Source: Vezdaea acicularis
Taxonomy: Eukaryota
Reading direction: 5' to 3'
Assembly (NCBI GenBank): GCA_026025075.1
Contig: JAPEUI010000009.1
Coordinates: 1-64,000 of the forward strand
DNA length: 64,000 nucleotides
The first letter of the stretch is position 1. Each line of letters opens with the position of its first letter. The notes under the pieces are model-generated. The model saw only the letters and a list, made by a program, of their open reading frames with translations, searched no databases and was not told the DNA's origin. Both the position numbers and the translations under genes were made by a program. Shown here piece by piece: positions 51,781-63,360 of the stretch.

Positions 51781-52926
51781 TCACATCCCCTCCCCCCCCT
51801 TCCCCCTCCTAAGCACAACCATGCCCTCGCCCACCCCCTCATAAACACCGCCCACCACGCCTTCCACCGCCCACCTCCCGGCATCACGGACCGCATCCCC
51901 CACTCTGCCCTCGCCTAAGCCCATGAGACGCTCCCACAGGACGCAAGCCTCCTTGGCGAGGGAATCGGCGGTGTGGAGACTGGATGCGAGCAGGCGCTCG
52001 GAGAGGCGGTGGGTGCGTTCGTAGGTGTAGAGGTGGGCGAGAGTGGATTTTAGGTAGGGGAGGAGGAGGGAGAAGAGGAGGATGAGGTGGAGGGTGAGGG
52101 AGGAGAGGAGGCGGTGGAGGAGGGAAGGGGGGGCTGGGTTGGAGCCGGAGCCGGAGGGGGATGGGATGGAGGTGCCGGTTGTTGGGGAGAGGGTGAGGGG
52201 CGTGGTGATGCTGGGGGGGAGGGAGGTGCGGAGGGAGAGGCTTTCGGAGGGCGTGAGGTCTGTGGGAAGGGCGCGGAGGAGGTAGGTCAGGCTGTGGATG
52301 TAGAGGGAGCGCGTTAGGGTTATGGAGGTGTCTGTTGCTTGAGCGGTGGCGGCTGTGGCGGTTGTGGTGGTGGTGAAAGCTGCGGTGGGGTCGCTGGGCG
52401 GGGCGGTGGGATTGGCGATGCTGTTGTTGCTCTCGCAAATGGAGAGGTTGAGGAGGTGTATACCCTGCGCCGCGAAGCGCCAGACGATACCGGTACTGGT
52501 CTCTGAAGGGATTGGAGCGGGAGCAGGGGCCATGAGGGTAAGTGCGTTGTTTGTCGGTACTGATAGCGAGCTGGAGCTTGATGAGGCATGGGAGGGCGTG
52601 TTGAAGAGTTCCAGATTGGAGTAGTCCACGGCAGCTCCGGTTGTGAGGGCGTAGTCGCTTGCGCCATAGCTAGGGGGAGGAGTGCGTGTACCGGAAGCAG
52701 GGCGGCGGTGGTGGAGGGTGAAGAGCGAGGAGCGGGACTTTTTGGACGATGAGGAGGTCATGTAGGGGTCAGTGTTTTCGATGTACTTGTAGCGGATAGA
52801 GGGGAGCTGGTGGAGGTGCTCGGAGACGGCGGATGGGAGTAGCGAATACAGGAAGGACTGTTGAGGAGCGGCGGGGGGGCGGCGATGCTTCGAGGTATTT
52901 GGTGCTTGGGGCGTAATGTAGGCCAT
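51781..52926 (-). CDS. Conserved fungal hypothetical protein, probable membrane-associated C-terminus, 381 aa
   Basis: ATG at 52926. Family-like blocks ETSTGIVWRFAAQG, RSLYIHSLTYLLRALPTDLT, SLLHRLL..LLLPYLK..YERTHRLSE, GVVGGVYEGVGEG. Confidence 0.75.
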   Translation of the reverse strand: MAYITPQAPNTSKHRRPPAAPQQSFLYSLLPSAVSEHLHQLPSIRYKYIENTDPYMTSSSSKKSRSSLFTLHHRRPASGTRTPPPSYGASDYALTTGAAVDYSNLELFNTPSHASSSSSSLSVPTNNALTLMAPAPAPIPSETSTGIVWRFAAQGIHLLNLSICESNNSIANPTAPPSDPTAAFTTTTTATAATAQATDTSITLTRSLYIHSLTYLLRALPTDLTPSESLSLRTSLPPSITTPLTLSPTTGTSIPSPSGSGSNPAPPSLLHRLLSSLTLHLILLFSLLLPYLKSTLAHLYTYERTHRLSERLLASSLHTADSLAKEACVLWERLMGLGEGRVGDAVRDAGRWAVEGVVGGVYEGVGEGMVVLRRGKGGEGM

Positions 52927-54562
52927 TGTATGTTTTCTATCGGTCAGGATATCGTAGGTCAAAAGGATGAGGTGAGTGAAGCGCCCTTGACAGTTCAAGG
53001 TGGGGTATAATGCTATCGTTGCTGGGGGTATCTCAGGAATGCCGGGCCATGCGATCTAGAGCGCTTGATGCTTGATTGAAGCAAGAAAACAACCGCGACT
53101 CTATGAATGAGAAAATTAGATGAGATAGTCTCTATCTCTCAACATGAAGTGAAGAAAGGAAGTAAGAGACAAGACACAGCGGGCGAACGCGGGTTATGAT
53201 AAGGGCGGTTGAAAAAAGCTGGTGGGTAAGCTTGCGACAGCCTTTCACATGCAAAATGACACCAATCAGCGAGGAAGAGAGCCTGAAAACCATTGTGTGC
53301 GGTCTTCGCGCGTTCTTTAACATCCATCCGCCTTCAGCCCGCTTTCGGTATCGATCTGAAGCAGGGGACCTGGATATCCGTTGGGAATACTGTAGGCTCA
53401 TTGGGTCGTTCGTGGGAAGCCCACTGGGAGACGTGTGGATCCCCTAGATCACTGCACGTGCGGTTGCAGCTGTCAAAAAGCTGGATGCATATCGATATGC
53501 GAAAGGAGCCCGTGACCTTGTGTCTAGGGCGCTTGATGCTTCATGCCGTGACCTAGCTCATGGCAGTAAGATCATCCCGTCGATGCTCTTCGTCGGATGC
53601 CTCTGCAGCATTTTGTGCCCCGCCCTTAGAATGCAGTGCGACCAATCACGGCTCGGTCAGGTTCCAAGATATGGTCTGACACTACAACGGATGTAGAGAA
53701 TACCTCATAAGATTAAACAGACCTGTGAACATCGTTCAGGATAGCTAAAACCCGTTATGGAAAGGTTTTACGACCGCTTTAAATGTCACGTGTCAGGGGT
53801 CGGCATGAAGGGTGGTCCCCCACTGAGTAGACAACTACATCTTGAAAGGGCATGTAGCTCTCATAATCAACGACAACAAACCAGGATAAAGTCCCTCAAT
53901 CTGCGTTTCTTCTCTCTGGTAGTCATACCCAGTGGCTAAAGGTTCAAACAACTATGGCCGACCTGATACGAGAAGGCTGTTTCAAGGGAGCACAGACCAC
54001 GTATAATCTGCATAAGTCGGGCAGATGCGGTCGTCCTAGACGCAGGAGTTGCCAACTCCAGCAATTGTTTTTAAATCCTACACGGCGCCGTTTGCTTCTC
54101 GTGCAAGCTTAAGCTTGTCTTTGTGCTCGGAAGGATCTGCCCTCGCACATTTAGACTCAAATGCCCGAGCGCTAGGAGGTGCTGGTTACTGCGGAAGAGC
54201 GCTTTGCTCTTCATCCCATCTCAGTGCACCTCAGCCTTTCTTCTTACTCTCTTTGCGCTCATTTATGAATGAGCGTATCTGTAGACAATCTTAAGACCGG
54301 TTGAACTCCAAGTCTGTCGTAAAGGTCGTTGCGTGCGCATAGCTCAACCCTCAAATTCGGTACTGCACCTCCCACCTGGATGCGGGGCGGTCTGCGACCT
54401 TCAACATCAGGCCTGCGATCTTACCCTACCAAAACTTCTAAGCTCTAGCATCGCATACTTCCTACCTTCAAGTACTTGCGCTTTTCTCTCTGTCCTTACC
54501 TTTTAACAGGTCTTCAGCCAGAGTTTGTAAGCAGCTTCGTCACTCGTTTCTAGTGAATCAAC

Positions 54563-55628
54563 ATGCTCCTCCCTCTGACAGTCTCCCTCTGGTGCTTTTC
54601 TGGTATTTTTCTTTCTGTTATCGCAACCCCTGCCCAGCTTGCACCTCGTGCTGCCTGCCAAGCAAGCTACACGGCTTGCAAGCCATCAGGAGCGAAGAGC
54701 ACCTCGTCACCACCGGTCGGCAGCGCTCTGTCTTCTCTGTTTGTTGACCTTCTCGATTCAATCCAGGGAGTCCCGAACCCTAGCAAGAGAAAGCGCGAAG
54801 TTGATGATATAGCTCGAGTTCTTGGAACGCGAGACATATCCTCACCCATATGCTGTGAGTCTACCGCGAAAGCCCAATGTCAGATACAGGCCCACTAACT
54901 GAATTTGGAGGCGCACCAACCACCCTATGTTTGCTGCTACAGGAGTTTGATGTCCCTTTTTGTTACGTATGCTCCCTACACGATGCCCGATTAATTCCTA
55001 AATACTGACACTCATCAAGGACCGGTTTACTACCAACTATTTCCTTCCTGATGGATCTTATGGCTCTATTGACACAGGCTTATACACAGGCTCAGACGGG
55101 TCAAACGCGAACTTGATTGATGGTTCCTATACTCTCAAAGATGGTGTTACTGGGAACGTATATAAGGATGCCTCGATATCAGCTCTAAACATCGCCACAC
55201 TCACGCTTCCAAAGCCCTTCACTGGCACTGGCATCGGCTCGGCGATCCCTGCAAACGAATTAGGATCACTCGAAACATACACAACAACAATTCCGGCAAC
55301 TACAATGCCTGGAAGTACCATTCCTGCGACAGTTCTCCCTGCTATTACTATCTCCGCAGACACAACCATTCCTGCCACCACAGTCAATGGCCAAAGCATC
55401 GCAGGAACAACTGTCACCGATCAAACCATCAGGCCAACCACGATCAGTGCCCAAAGCGTAGCTGCGACAACCGAGCCAGCAATCGTCAAACCAGCGCAGA
55501 CACGCACGGTTGTCACATCTGTGGCAAAAGCTTCCAAGACAGGTGGGGCAGGAAGTTTGCCAAGGCCACTGGAGAAAGCAAATGGATCTCTACTCGGGCT
55601 TGTCATGATAGCGCTGTTTATGCTATAA
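54563..55628 (+). CDS. Secreted, probably GPI-anchored Cys-rich/Thr-rich cell-surface protein, 318 aa
   Basis: Exons 54563-54854, 54911-54966, 55020-55628. Hydrophobic signal peptide, six Cys, KRKR dibasic site, PFCYDRFTTNYFLPDGSYG block, Thr-rich stalk, small residues followed by a hydrophobic C-terminus (..SLLGLVMIALFML). Confidence 0.8.
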
Positions 55629-56106
55629 AGTCTGATAGCACGGTTGATCCACGTACGACCTCGATGTTAGAGGTGATAGATGGCATTGCACGGCGTGACT
55701 CAATTCAGCATGTTGGATCTCATGTTGCGGCATGTAACAATAGTTTGAACGGTGTCATTACGAAGTGCTGATGGACTTTGAATTCCTAATTGTAAAGCCT
55801 TAGTTAGGGGTGGAGCTATACCAATCACAAAATGATAGATATCACTGAGCGCTGAAGTCGTGAGGAAAGGCACTGAGCCATCTTGTCCGGGCTGGGAATA
55901 TCAGATCGCGCTATACCCGAATGGGCTCGACTAGAGAATGTCGCGAAATTTCTCAACTGGCGAAAAAGCTACTGTCCACTCCCCTTCCCTACCTTTTAGT
56001 GCCGATCATACCGTTCCATCCCAACCTTGTCACTCTTTTCCTCGTTGTAGACCTAGTGATATTGTAACTCATTGGGGCCTTGTTTTCATAGAAGGCGTAA
56101 CTAGCA

Positions 56107-58259
56107 ATGTTCCGCGTTGCGAGGAGCTCTTCGAGCGTGCTCACAAGATACATACGTCAAGCATCAATCAGTCCCCTTTCGGTGTCGACGTCTAGATCAT
56201 ATATATTATCATCTCATCGAGCTTTGAGTTCGCAGTCACCTCCTTCAAGGTTGCTTCATCAGTCTAGAAGAGATCAGCAACAAGCTGCTGCTGTTGCCGA
56301 TGTCGATGGACAGGATGACTACAGCCCAAGCGATGTCGATCGGCATTATACGGATTTTCAAGAACTTGCAGATAGCGGGCTTGTGGATAAGAAACTCGTC
56401 CGAGCCATAACAGATTCGATGGGGTTCAAGAAGATGACGGAGGTTCAGGCAGCGACGATAAATCCAACAGTGCGAGGATCCGATGTGTAGGTTTAGTCGA
56501 TTGCATGAAGGTTGTTAGCGACTAACAAGACTATAGTGCCGCCCAAGCTAAAACAGGAACTGGGAAAACTCTTGGATTCCTCCTTCCAGTCATGCAGAAT
56601 GTAATCAGAAGCGGAGGCCTTACGAAGTCTCGTACTGGCAAACCGACTGACATTCATGCGATAATTATATCTCCTACACGTGAACTGGCCGAGCAAATTG
56701 CAGTCGATGCACGACGCTTAGCACGAGAGAGTCGATCTGGCATTATTGTCGAGACTGCTGTCGGCGGGTCAAGGAAACGAGAAGGTCTGCAACGTATCCA
56801 AAATGGCTGCCACGTTCTTGTAGGGACTCCGGGACGACTACATGATATACTATCAGATCCCTCATCTGGGGTAAGCGCTCCTCGACTAAACACTCTGGTA
56901 CTGGATGAAGCAGACCGCTTGTTGGATATCGGGTTCGCCGAAGCAATCATGGATATTGTAGATCTCTTGCCACCTAGAGAGGAGGTTGATCGACAGACGC
57001 TCCTATTTTCAGCAACAATCCCAGAGGAGGTCATGCGGATGGTTAATCGGTTCATGAAGCCCAATTATGAATTCATCCGAACCGTCAAACCTGGAGAACA
57101 GCAAACCCATGAGAAAGTCCCGCAGAAGGCAGTCGAGCTACGGAGCTTCGAGAACATGTTCCCTGCTCTAGTGGAACTCTGTAAACGCGAGCTTGCAAAA
57201 CCCGATGGACCACCATTCAAAGCAATGATCTATTTCAACTCTACGAGGATGGTGGATCTTGCAGAGAACACCCTCGCGAATATAAGAGATCCAGCTAGTG
57301 GCACTTTTGGTAAGAACGCCTTGGCGCCAGCGAAGATAATTGCAATCCATGGGAAGATGACACAAGGGGAAAGGACGTTTGCTGCACGAGACTTCAAAAA
57401 CGCGAAGAGTGCAATCTTGCTGTCCTCGGACGTAACAGCACGAGGGATGGATTTCCCAGGTGTCACACATGTCATTCAGATGGGTTCTCCACGCAATCGG
57501 GATGACTACATACATCGCGTCGGCCGCACCGGGCGTGCAGATAAAGATGGAGAGGGTTGGCTTCTATACGCCAGCAGTGAGCGCGATAGCACCCATTCGG
57601 TGCTGCGAAAGCTGCCCCTGAAGATGGATCATTCGTTGGAGACGGCCAATGTCGACATGGGCGAGAAAGCCCAGCTACCAGTCCGCGTGGCGGATATACT
57701 AACTCAAGTCGGCGAGTCTACGAGACAGATCCGTAACCATGTCAAGACAGACGCCTGGCTTTCCATGCTCCCTCAGACAAGAGGACGAGAGGCGCAGTCG
57801 AGAATCGAGCAATTAAACAGGTGGTCAATGTTCGGGTTTGGGTTCCCCGAGCCGCCGACGATCGCTGCTGACAAGGCTCGGAAAATGGGCATTGCAAACA
57901 TCCCCGGGATCAATATTGGAGAGCCTCGGGGTCGCAGGGCTATGGATGACTTCAGTGAGGATGGAGGCTTCGGCGAACGAGACGGCTTCCGTGGTAGGTC
58001 TTCTGGCTTTGGGGGTCGGGATCGGGGTCGGGGTGGCTTCGGCGACCGCGGCGACCGCAACGGAGCACGGGGATTCGGAGATCGTGGTTTCGGAGATCGT
58101 AATGGTGGAAGAGGCTTTGGAGACCGAGGGCGAGGTGGGTCGAGCTTCGGGGACCGTGGCGGAGAAAGAGGCCGTAGCAGTGGTGGCTTTGGTGGACGTG
58201 AGCGTGGCAGAGGACAGGAGCACGGGAGAGGACAAGAGCAGGGTGGATTCCTAGACTGA
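56107..58259 (+). CDS. MSS116: Mitochondrial DEAD-box RNA helicase Mss116/CYT-19, 700 aa
   Basis: Exons 56107-56486 and 56537-58259. R/S-rich presequence; MTEVQ Q-motif, AQAKTGTGKT, SPTRELA, GTPGRL, DEAD, SAT, SDVTARGMDFP, HRVGRTGRA; RG-rich tail. Confidence 0.92.
57963..58245 (+). repeat. Degenerate coding repeat (GFGDRG/RGG units) in the MSS116 C-terminal tail
   Basis: Repeated units ggcttcggcgaccgc, ggattcggagatcgt, ggtttcggagatcgt, ggctttggagaccga, agcttcggggaccgt, plus RGQE twice. Confidence 0.8.
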
Positions 58260-60400
58260 GAGAGGGCGGCGGACTCGGCAAATTGTTCTCACCGCTATAT
58301 TCACGGTCATGGCCAGAACAACCTGGCCTCGTGTTAAGGCATAGCCGACACGGCCGAAGAGAGATGCTGCGGCCTCTTTTGTACAGTACAGTATGATACC
58401 ATATAGGGGCAGCATGGGCGGGCGTCTGGGTGGTATGCCTCCTCTTCGGCGCACATAGACGCTTGACGGATTGCAGAGGCATAGCTATGACACCATTCAA
58501 CTCCGTCAAACTCGACCATGTGTTTTTTAGCTTCCTCGCCTCGGGATTCGGATTCCGGTTGAGGGGGTCCCGACGTAGTTGATCGTGCAGTGAATCAAGA
58601 CCTTATATGCATTCCTGGAACAGGTTGAACAGCCTACTAGTCAGAGCACTCACACTTTGAAGGCATAGCATCGAGCTTGAAGCAAACACGCGAAGGTCAT
58701 CGTCGCAAATCACCCTTGCTAAATCCATATTTACAAACTTGCACCAATGCTCTCCCTCCGAAAGCTGAAAAACAAGGCCATGCGCAGCGTTCGCAACCCT
58801 TTCCTTTTACGAGCCGGGGTATCTGCATTCCGCGATGGCAGGAGGCAGGCTCGGACAGAAAGCGTAAGGTCATAGCGCGGCGCTTTTCTCTCCGCGCGAG
58901 GTCGGAGTCGTCATCTTCGTGTTATTCTTTGGCCAGAAGACGCATCAGACGCCGATCCAACAGAGGAGATCCATGTGTCTTGGCAAGCCACCAGGCGCGA
59001 GAGTAAGACGAAATCACGGGGTCGGCACGATCTCTCTGTCGGGAAACATCCCATCCACGGGGCCGGATCCCCATGACGGTCGATAATGCCTCATACAATC
59101 GGGGCTTGCCGGATTGCCGACAAGGCCACTTAAAAGCTAGCAACGGTGGTGTGTGGTGTGCTTGGTGATAGGCTCTCAACTCCTTGAGAGGGCTAGACGA
59201 ATGCTGGTGCTACGATACAATCGGTATGAGCAGGTTTTAGCTGGAAGGCTGAGTTCAAGAGCACCTGCAGGCGAAGAGTATGGAAGGACGGGAGAGCTTC
59301 CATGGAACTGGCTGAGGGTGTGCCGGGACGTAAGAGGGTGTGCGGCATCAGGCTGGTGGCTGATTATGTGCGAGTCTAGGGACAGACAGAGACAGTCCAT
59401 CCTCCCCGACTTCGGGACAGAGAGGGCACAAACGGGCGGACGGCATCAGACTGACGACGTGGAGAGCGGGGGAAGGGAAACGGGAGAATAAGAGTTGGGG
59501 CCAAGGCGAATTGAGGGGTATGACTGAAGGGGGGGAAGTTCCCGAAGATCTGTGGAGGCCCCCAATATCTGTTATCAGATGAACACCACAACGATAATCT
59601 CGACGCTCATGGCGGATATTATAGGCCGAGGTCGGAGAGGGGCTTACTAAGACGACGCACCCAATGTCTCGGCCGCCAATGACGTCGGCCCCTCCTCGAG
59701 CCATCTTGAATACGGGGTCAGGCACCCCTCGTGCCCCGTCGCAGCGCACAAAAAGAAGTCCCCGTCGGACCCGTCTGCGCGAACTTGGGGAAGAGGGGAA
59801 CAAGATCATCGGCGAGAGAGCTTAGCGCTGCCGACATCTGCGCTTGAGCCGGCCCCCCCTGTCACGCCCACCCACGCCGCCCCTACCCGCATCTGCCACG
59901 GTGCTAAGCGGATCCGCTTGCCGCTTCGGGTCGGCGAAGGGCGCGGTTGTCAATTCCCCGCCGGCCAACCCATCCAGCTTGAACCACCAAGTCCACCCTA
60001 TGCGGCCGCATTGGCCCTGACGGACCCTGCAATTCCCCCTCCATCGGCCCATATAACGTAGCCTGGAGATTGGAAATCCGATGACTCTTCAGCCAGGCCG
60101 TGCTCGTCGACTATTTGCTGATCTCGGCGACGCGTCGCTAACTTCCTTACCGTTCTGCTCGTCTTTTATATCTTCTTTCCTTCCTCTAGTTCTCTCCGTT
60201 CGCAAAAGCTTCAACTTCTCACCTGCGAGAAGCCTTTCCTCCATTTCACCTGCGTGGCATTGGCATCAATTGATCCCCTGCGTTAGAATTGACAATTCTC
60301 AACAAGCTTTCACGCCCTCGCTTCCTTTGCCCTGCGTGCCCTTTGCTTGACGCTGTCCTCTGCTCTTCTCTAAGATAAAAACCCCCCCCACCCACTCCGA

Positions 60401-62593
60401 ATGGAATACTTCAACTTTGAGGATGCTGCAAACGTTCAACAACAAGAAGATGAGTTCCAACGCTTTCTAGCCTCCGCGCCCGCATTAGATACCTTCCATC
60501 CGGATGGAGCCGACTTCCTTGGCGCTCTTCCCGGCTTGAGCGAGATCCCCATGCTCGATGCGGAGTTGCCCATGACCTCTTCCGCTCAGCCAATGGATAC
60601 CGAGATGGCCGGCTTTGACGACTTCTCGAGCTGGATTCCTGGTTGCTTCAAACCAGCCGTGGCCTGTGACTACTGCCGAAGCAGACAGCTCGAATGTCTC
60701 GTCATCCACAAGGGCCAGCAGGCTTGCACGAGTTGCATCACCCTGTTCCGCTCATGCAGCTTTCTCGGCACGAAAGACACTGGCTACGAAAGTTTGCCCG
60801 ATGATTCTGGAGGTATTGATACGCTTCACGGTGTCGTGGAGGACACCGTCATCCAACGTGGAGAGACGGTCGGTTGCAGATCCCTACGATCGACCTTGAA
60901 CATGAACGAAGAGTCGGGGTCACTCGAGCGTAAGGCTCGCAAGACCGGCACCAGGTTCTCACGGGAAGCCGTCAGAACCTTGAAGAATTGGCTCAACGAG
61001 CACAGCGATCATCCCTATCCTACGGACGACGAGAAGAACCACCTTAAAATGGCCACGGGGCTCAAGCGGAGCCAGATATCAAACTGGCTGGCCAACGCTC
61101 GCCGTCGAGGCAAGGTGCCTAATCGATGCGTTTCGCCTGGTTTGGGCGGCGGAGCCTACGAACGCTCCTCGAACTCAGGAGCGCGCGGCATCGCCATCCC
61201 CAGCCCAGTGGATCCGTCATCTTGGAAAGAGATGAACCCCTTGGAAAGATGGAAGCATTCTCCCCCCGAGCGCGAAGCTGCTGCCGTCCACGACATAGTA
61301 CACGCCGTGGCCACATCGGGCCTTCGTGCCGATAAGGCCACGCCCGATAGCGGCATCTGCGTCGAGGGACAGAAAGATTCTAGCGCTGGATCCTCTTTCT
61401 CCGTGTTTCGTGCTCCTTCGATGACGAGTGTCGAAACCGGCCGCTCCAGCGGATCCGACATGTCCTTCAGCTCTCTCTTCTCGCACCAATCTCGCCATTC
61501 CTATGGCTCCTCCAAGGACCGCCGCAGACGCCGCCGCCAACCCCTGAGCCAACAACCCTCCACCTCCATTGCGCAGCCGCGAACCTTTCAATGTACCTTT
61601 TGTACCGACAGCTTCAAGACGAAACATGACTGGTCTCGGCATGAAAAGTCGCTCCACCTCTCCCTCGAGAAATGGACGTGCGCCCCTCAAGGCGGACTCG
61701 TGAGCACCATCCTACCGAACGGCATCACCTCCACGACCTGCGTCTACTGCCACGCCATCGACCCGCCCCTGTCCCACCTCGAGACGCACAACTATTCCAG
61801 CTGCCGCGAAAAGTCCTCCGCAGACCGAACCTTCTACCGGAAAGATCACCTACGGCAACACCTGCGCCTGACCCACGCCTGCACCTTCCTCCCCAGCATG
61901 GAGTCCTGGCGCATCGCCCCGCCCGAGCTCCGCTCCCGCTGCGGCTTCTGCCCAGCCGACGTCATCCTACACACCTGGCAAGCGCGCGTCGACCACCTGG
62001 CGAAGCACTTCCGCGCCGGCGCCAACATGGCCGACTGGCACGGCGACTGGGGCTTCTCCGCCCCCGTGCTGCGCATGATCGAGAACGCGATGCCGCCCTG
62101 GCTGCTCTCGCAGGAGCGTAAAGCGCCCGTCCCCCTCTCCGCCGAGGCGCTCAACCGCAACGCCATCTCCCCCGACGACGCTGATATCGACCTGGGGCCC
62201 CCTCGCAACGGCGTCGATGTCGTCGCCGATGCGCGCCACTGCTACCGCCGCCTCGAACTCGGCCTCCGTAGCTTCGTCCGCGAGGAGCGCCAAGCTGGCC
62301 GCAAGCCCTCAGACCGCGAGTTGCAGGAGAAGGCCCGCTGGGTCGTCTATGGTGAGACCGATAGCTGGAATCAGACGGCGGCGGATAACGAGGTCTGGCT
62401 CGAGCGCTTCAGGCGTGCGACTGGTTTGGATTCGGAAGAATATTGGAACTGGGGTCAGGAGGGGCTTGCTGGTGGTGCGAAGGGGGGCGAGGAGGATGGA
62501 GTCGGTGGGTTGGAGGAACAGCTCATGTATTGTAATTTCGGGGTCGAGGAAGATGATGATACAGCAATCCGCGGCGCGAAGATTGTTGTCTAG
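60401..62593 (+). CDS. Transcription factor with Zn2Cys6-like cluster, TALE homeodomain and C2H2 zinc fingers, 730 aa
   Basis: Single ORF. CDYC-x6-C-x9-CTSC-x6-C; HPYPT..LKRSQISNWLANARRR; CTFC..HEKSLH; FYRKDHLRQHLRLTH; RCGFC..HLAKHF; C-terminal WNQTAADN. Confidence 0.93.
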   Translation: MEYFNFEDAANVQQQEDEFQRFLASAPALDTFHPDGADFLGALPGLSEIPMLDAELPMTSSAQPMDTEMAGFDDFSSWIPGCFKPAVACDYCRSRQLECLVIHKGQQACTSCITLFRSCSFLGTKDTGYESLPDDSGGIDTLHGVVEDTVIQRGETVGCRSLRSTLNMNEESGSLERKARKTGTRFSREAVRTLKNWLNEHSDHPYPTDDEKNHLKMATGLKRSQISNWLANARRRGKVPNRCVSPGLGGGAYERSSNSGARGIAIPSPVDPSSWKEMNPLERWKHSPPEREAAAVHDIVHAVATSGLRADKATPDSGICVEGQKDSSAGSSFSVFRAPSMTSVETGRSSGSDMSFSSLFSHQSRHSYGSSKDRRRRRRQPLSQQPSTSIAQPRTFQCTFCTDSFKTKHDWSRHEKSLHLSLEKWTCAPQGGLVSTILPNGITSTTCVYCHAIDPPLSHLETHNYSSCREKSSADRTFYRKDHLRQHLRLTHACTFLPSMESWRIAPPELRSRCGFCPADVILHTWQARVDHLAKHFRAGANMADWHGDWGFSAPVLRMIENAMPPWLLSQERKAPVPLSAEALNRNAISPDDADIDLGPPRNGVDVVADARHCYRRLELGLRSFVREERQAGRKPSDRELQEKARWVVYGETDSWNQTAADNEVWLERFRRATGLDSEEYWNWGQEGLAGGAKGGEEDGVGGLEEQLMYCNFGVEEDDDTAIRGAKIVV

Positions 62594-63319
62594 AGTGGAT
62601 TGGGAGAGGAGAAAGGGGAGAAGGCACGGCTAGATCCGGTTGGGCGTTTGAGAAAAGGGTGTATTTGCCGTACGGTAAGTTTTTCTCTGAAAGAGCGAGC
62701 ATCTTTCATGGCGTATGTTTTCTTTTCTTCTTTTCTCTTTCTTCATCTTTGTTCGTGTTTCAGTCCTTGGGGTTTTTTTTCTTGGTCATAGCGTTCAACC
62801 CAAAAGATATTAAGATGCTCTGATTAGACTAATTAATATACATCTCGTTTCAATATCAAATGTCATCCAGTTACGTTTTATCCATCATCAAGAATGGGTC
62901 CAGAAAAACGGGGGGCTTCCAAGAATATTTCGCTTTTTGGGCCGGGGGATATGGGTCTTTGTCGCTGGAAACACCTCCAGCGCCATGACAGTAGTCAGAA
63001 AATTTTCATCCAAACCCCTCTCTCGACGTACCTGCCGTTCCGGTCGTGAGATATAAAACCAGCAAATCAATCATGAAGCCAACCCCACACCACCGAACCC
63101 GCAAGAATGAGTACGCGCCGCGGCATACCTCCCCCTCCCACTCCCATTTCCCCTTCCACTCGGCGCAAGCGCCCCACGGAAACTCAACTCGCTTTTCGAA
63201 AAGAAGAATAGCGGTGGTAGCACACGCCGAAGCGGGTATATTTGTGTGCGCGGTGGGGAGGAAAGTGCGGGAGGAGGAAGGGAGGCTGGGTTTTTGTGAT
63301 AGCGGGTTAATGGGAGTGG

Positions 63320-63360
63320 TATGGGAAGGCTATGGGAAGGCTTAGGAAGGCTTGGGGTAT
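63320..63360 (+). repeat. Short degenerate 10-11 bp tandem repeat (tatgggaaggc x2, ttaggaaggc, ttggggtat)
   Basis: Read directly from the sequence within the G-rich intergenic tract. Confidence 0.6.

Noticed and set aside
58260..60400. Short ORFs in the large intergenic regions (also 53000-54500, 21016-22067, 36552-37568)
   Set aside because: No recognisable domains, no coherent splice model, and many start at non-ATG codons.
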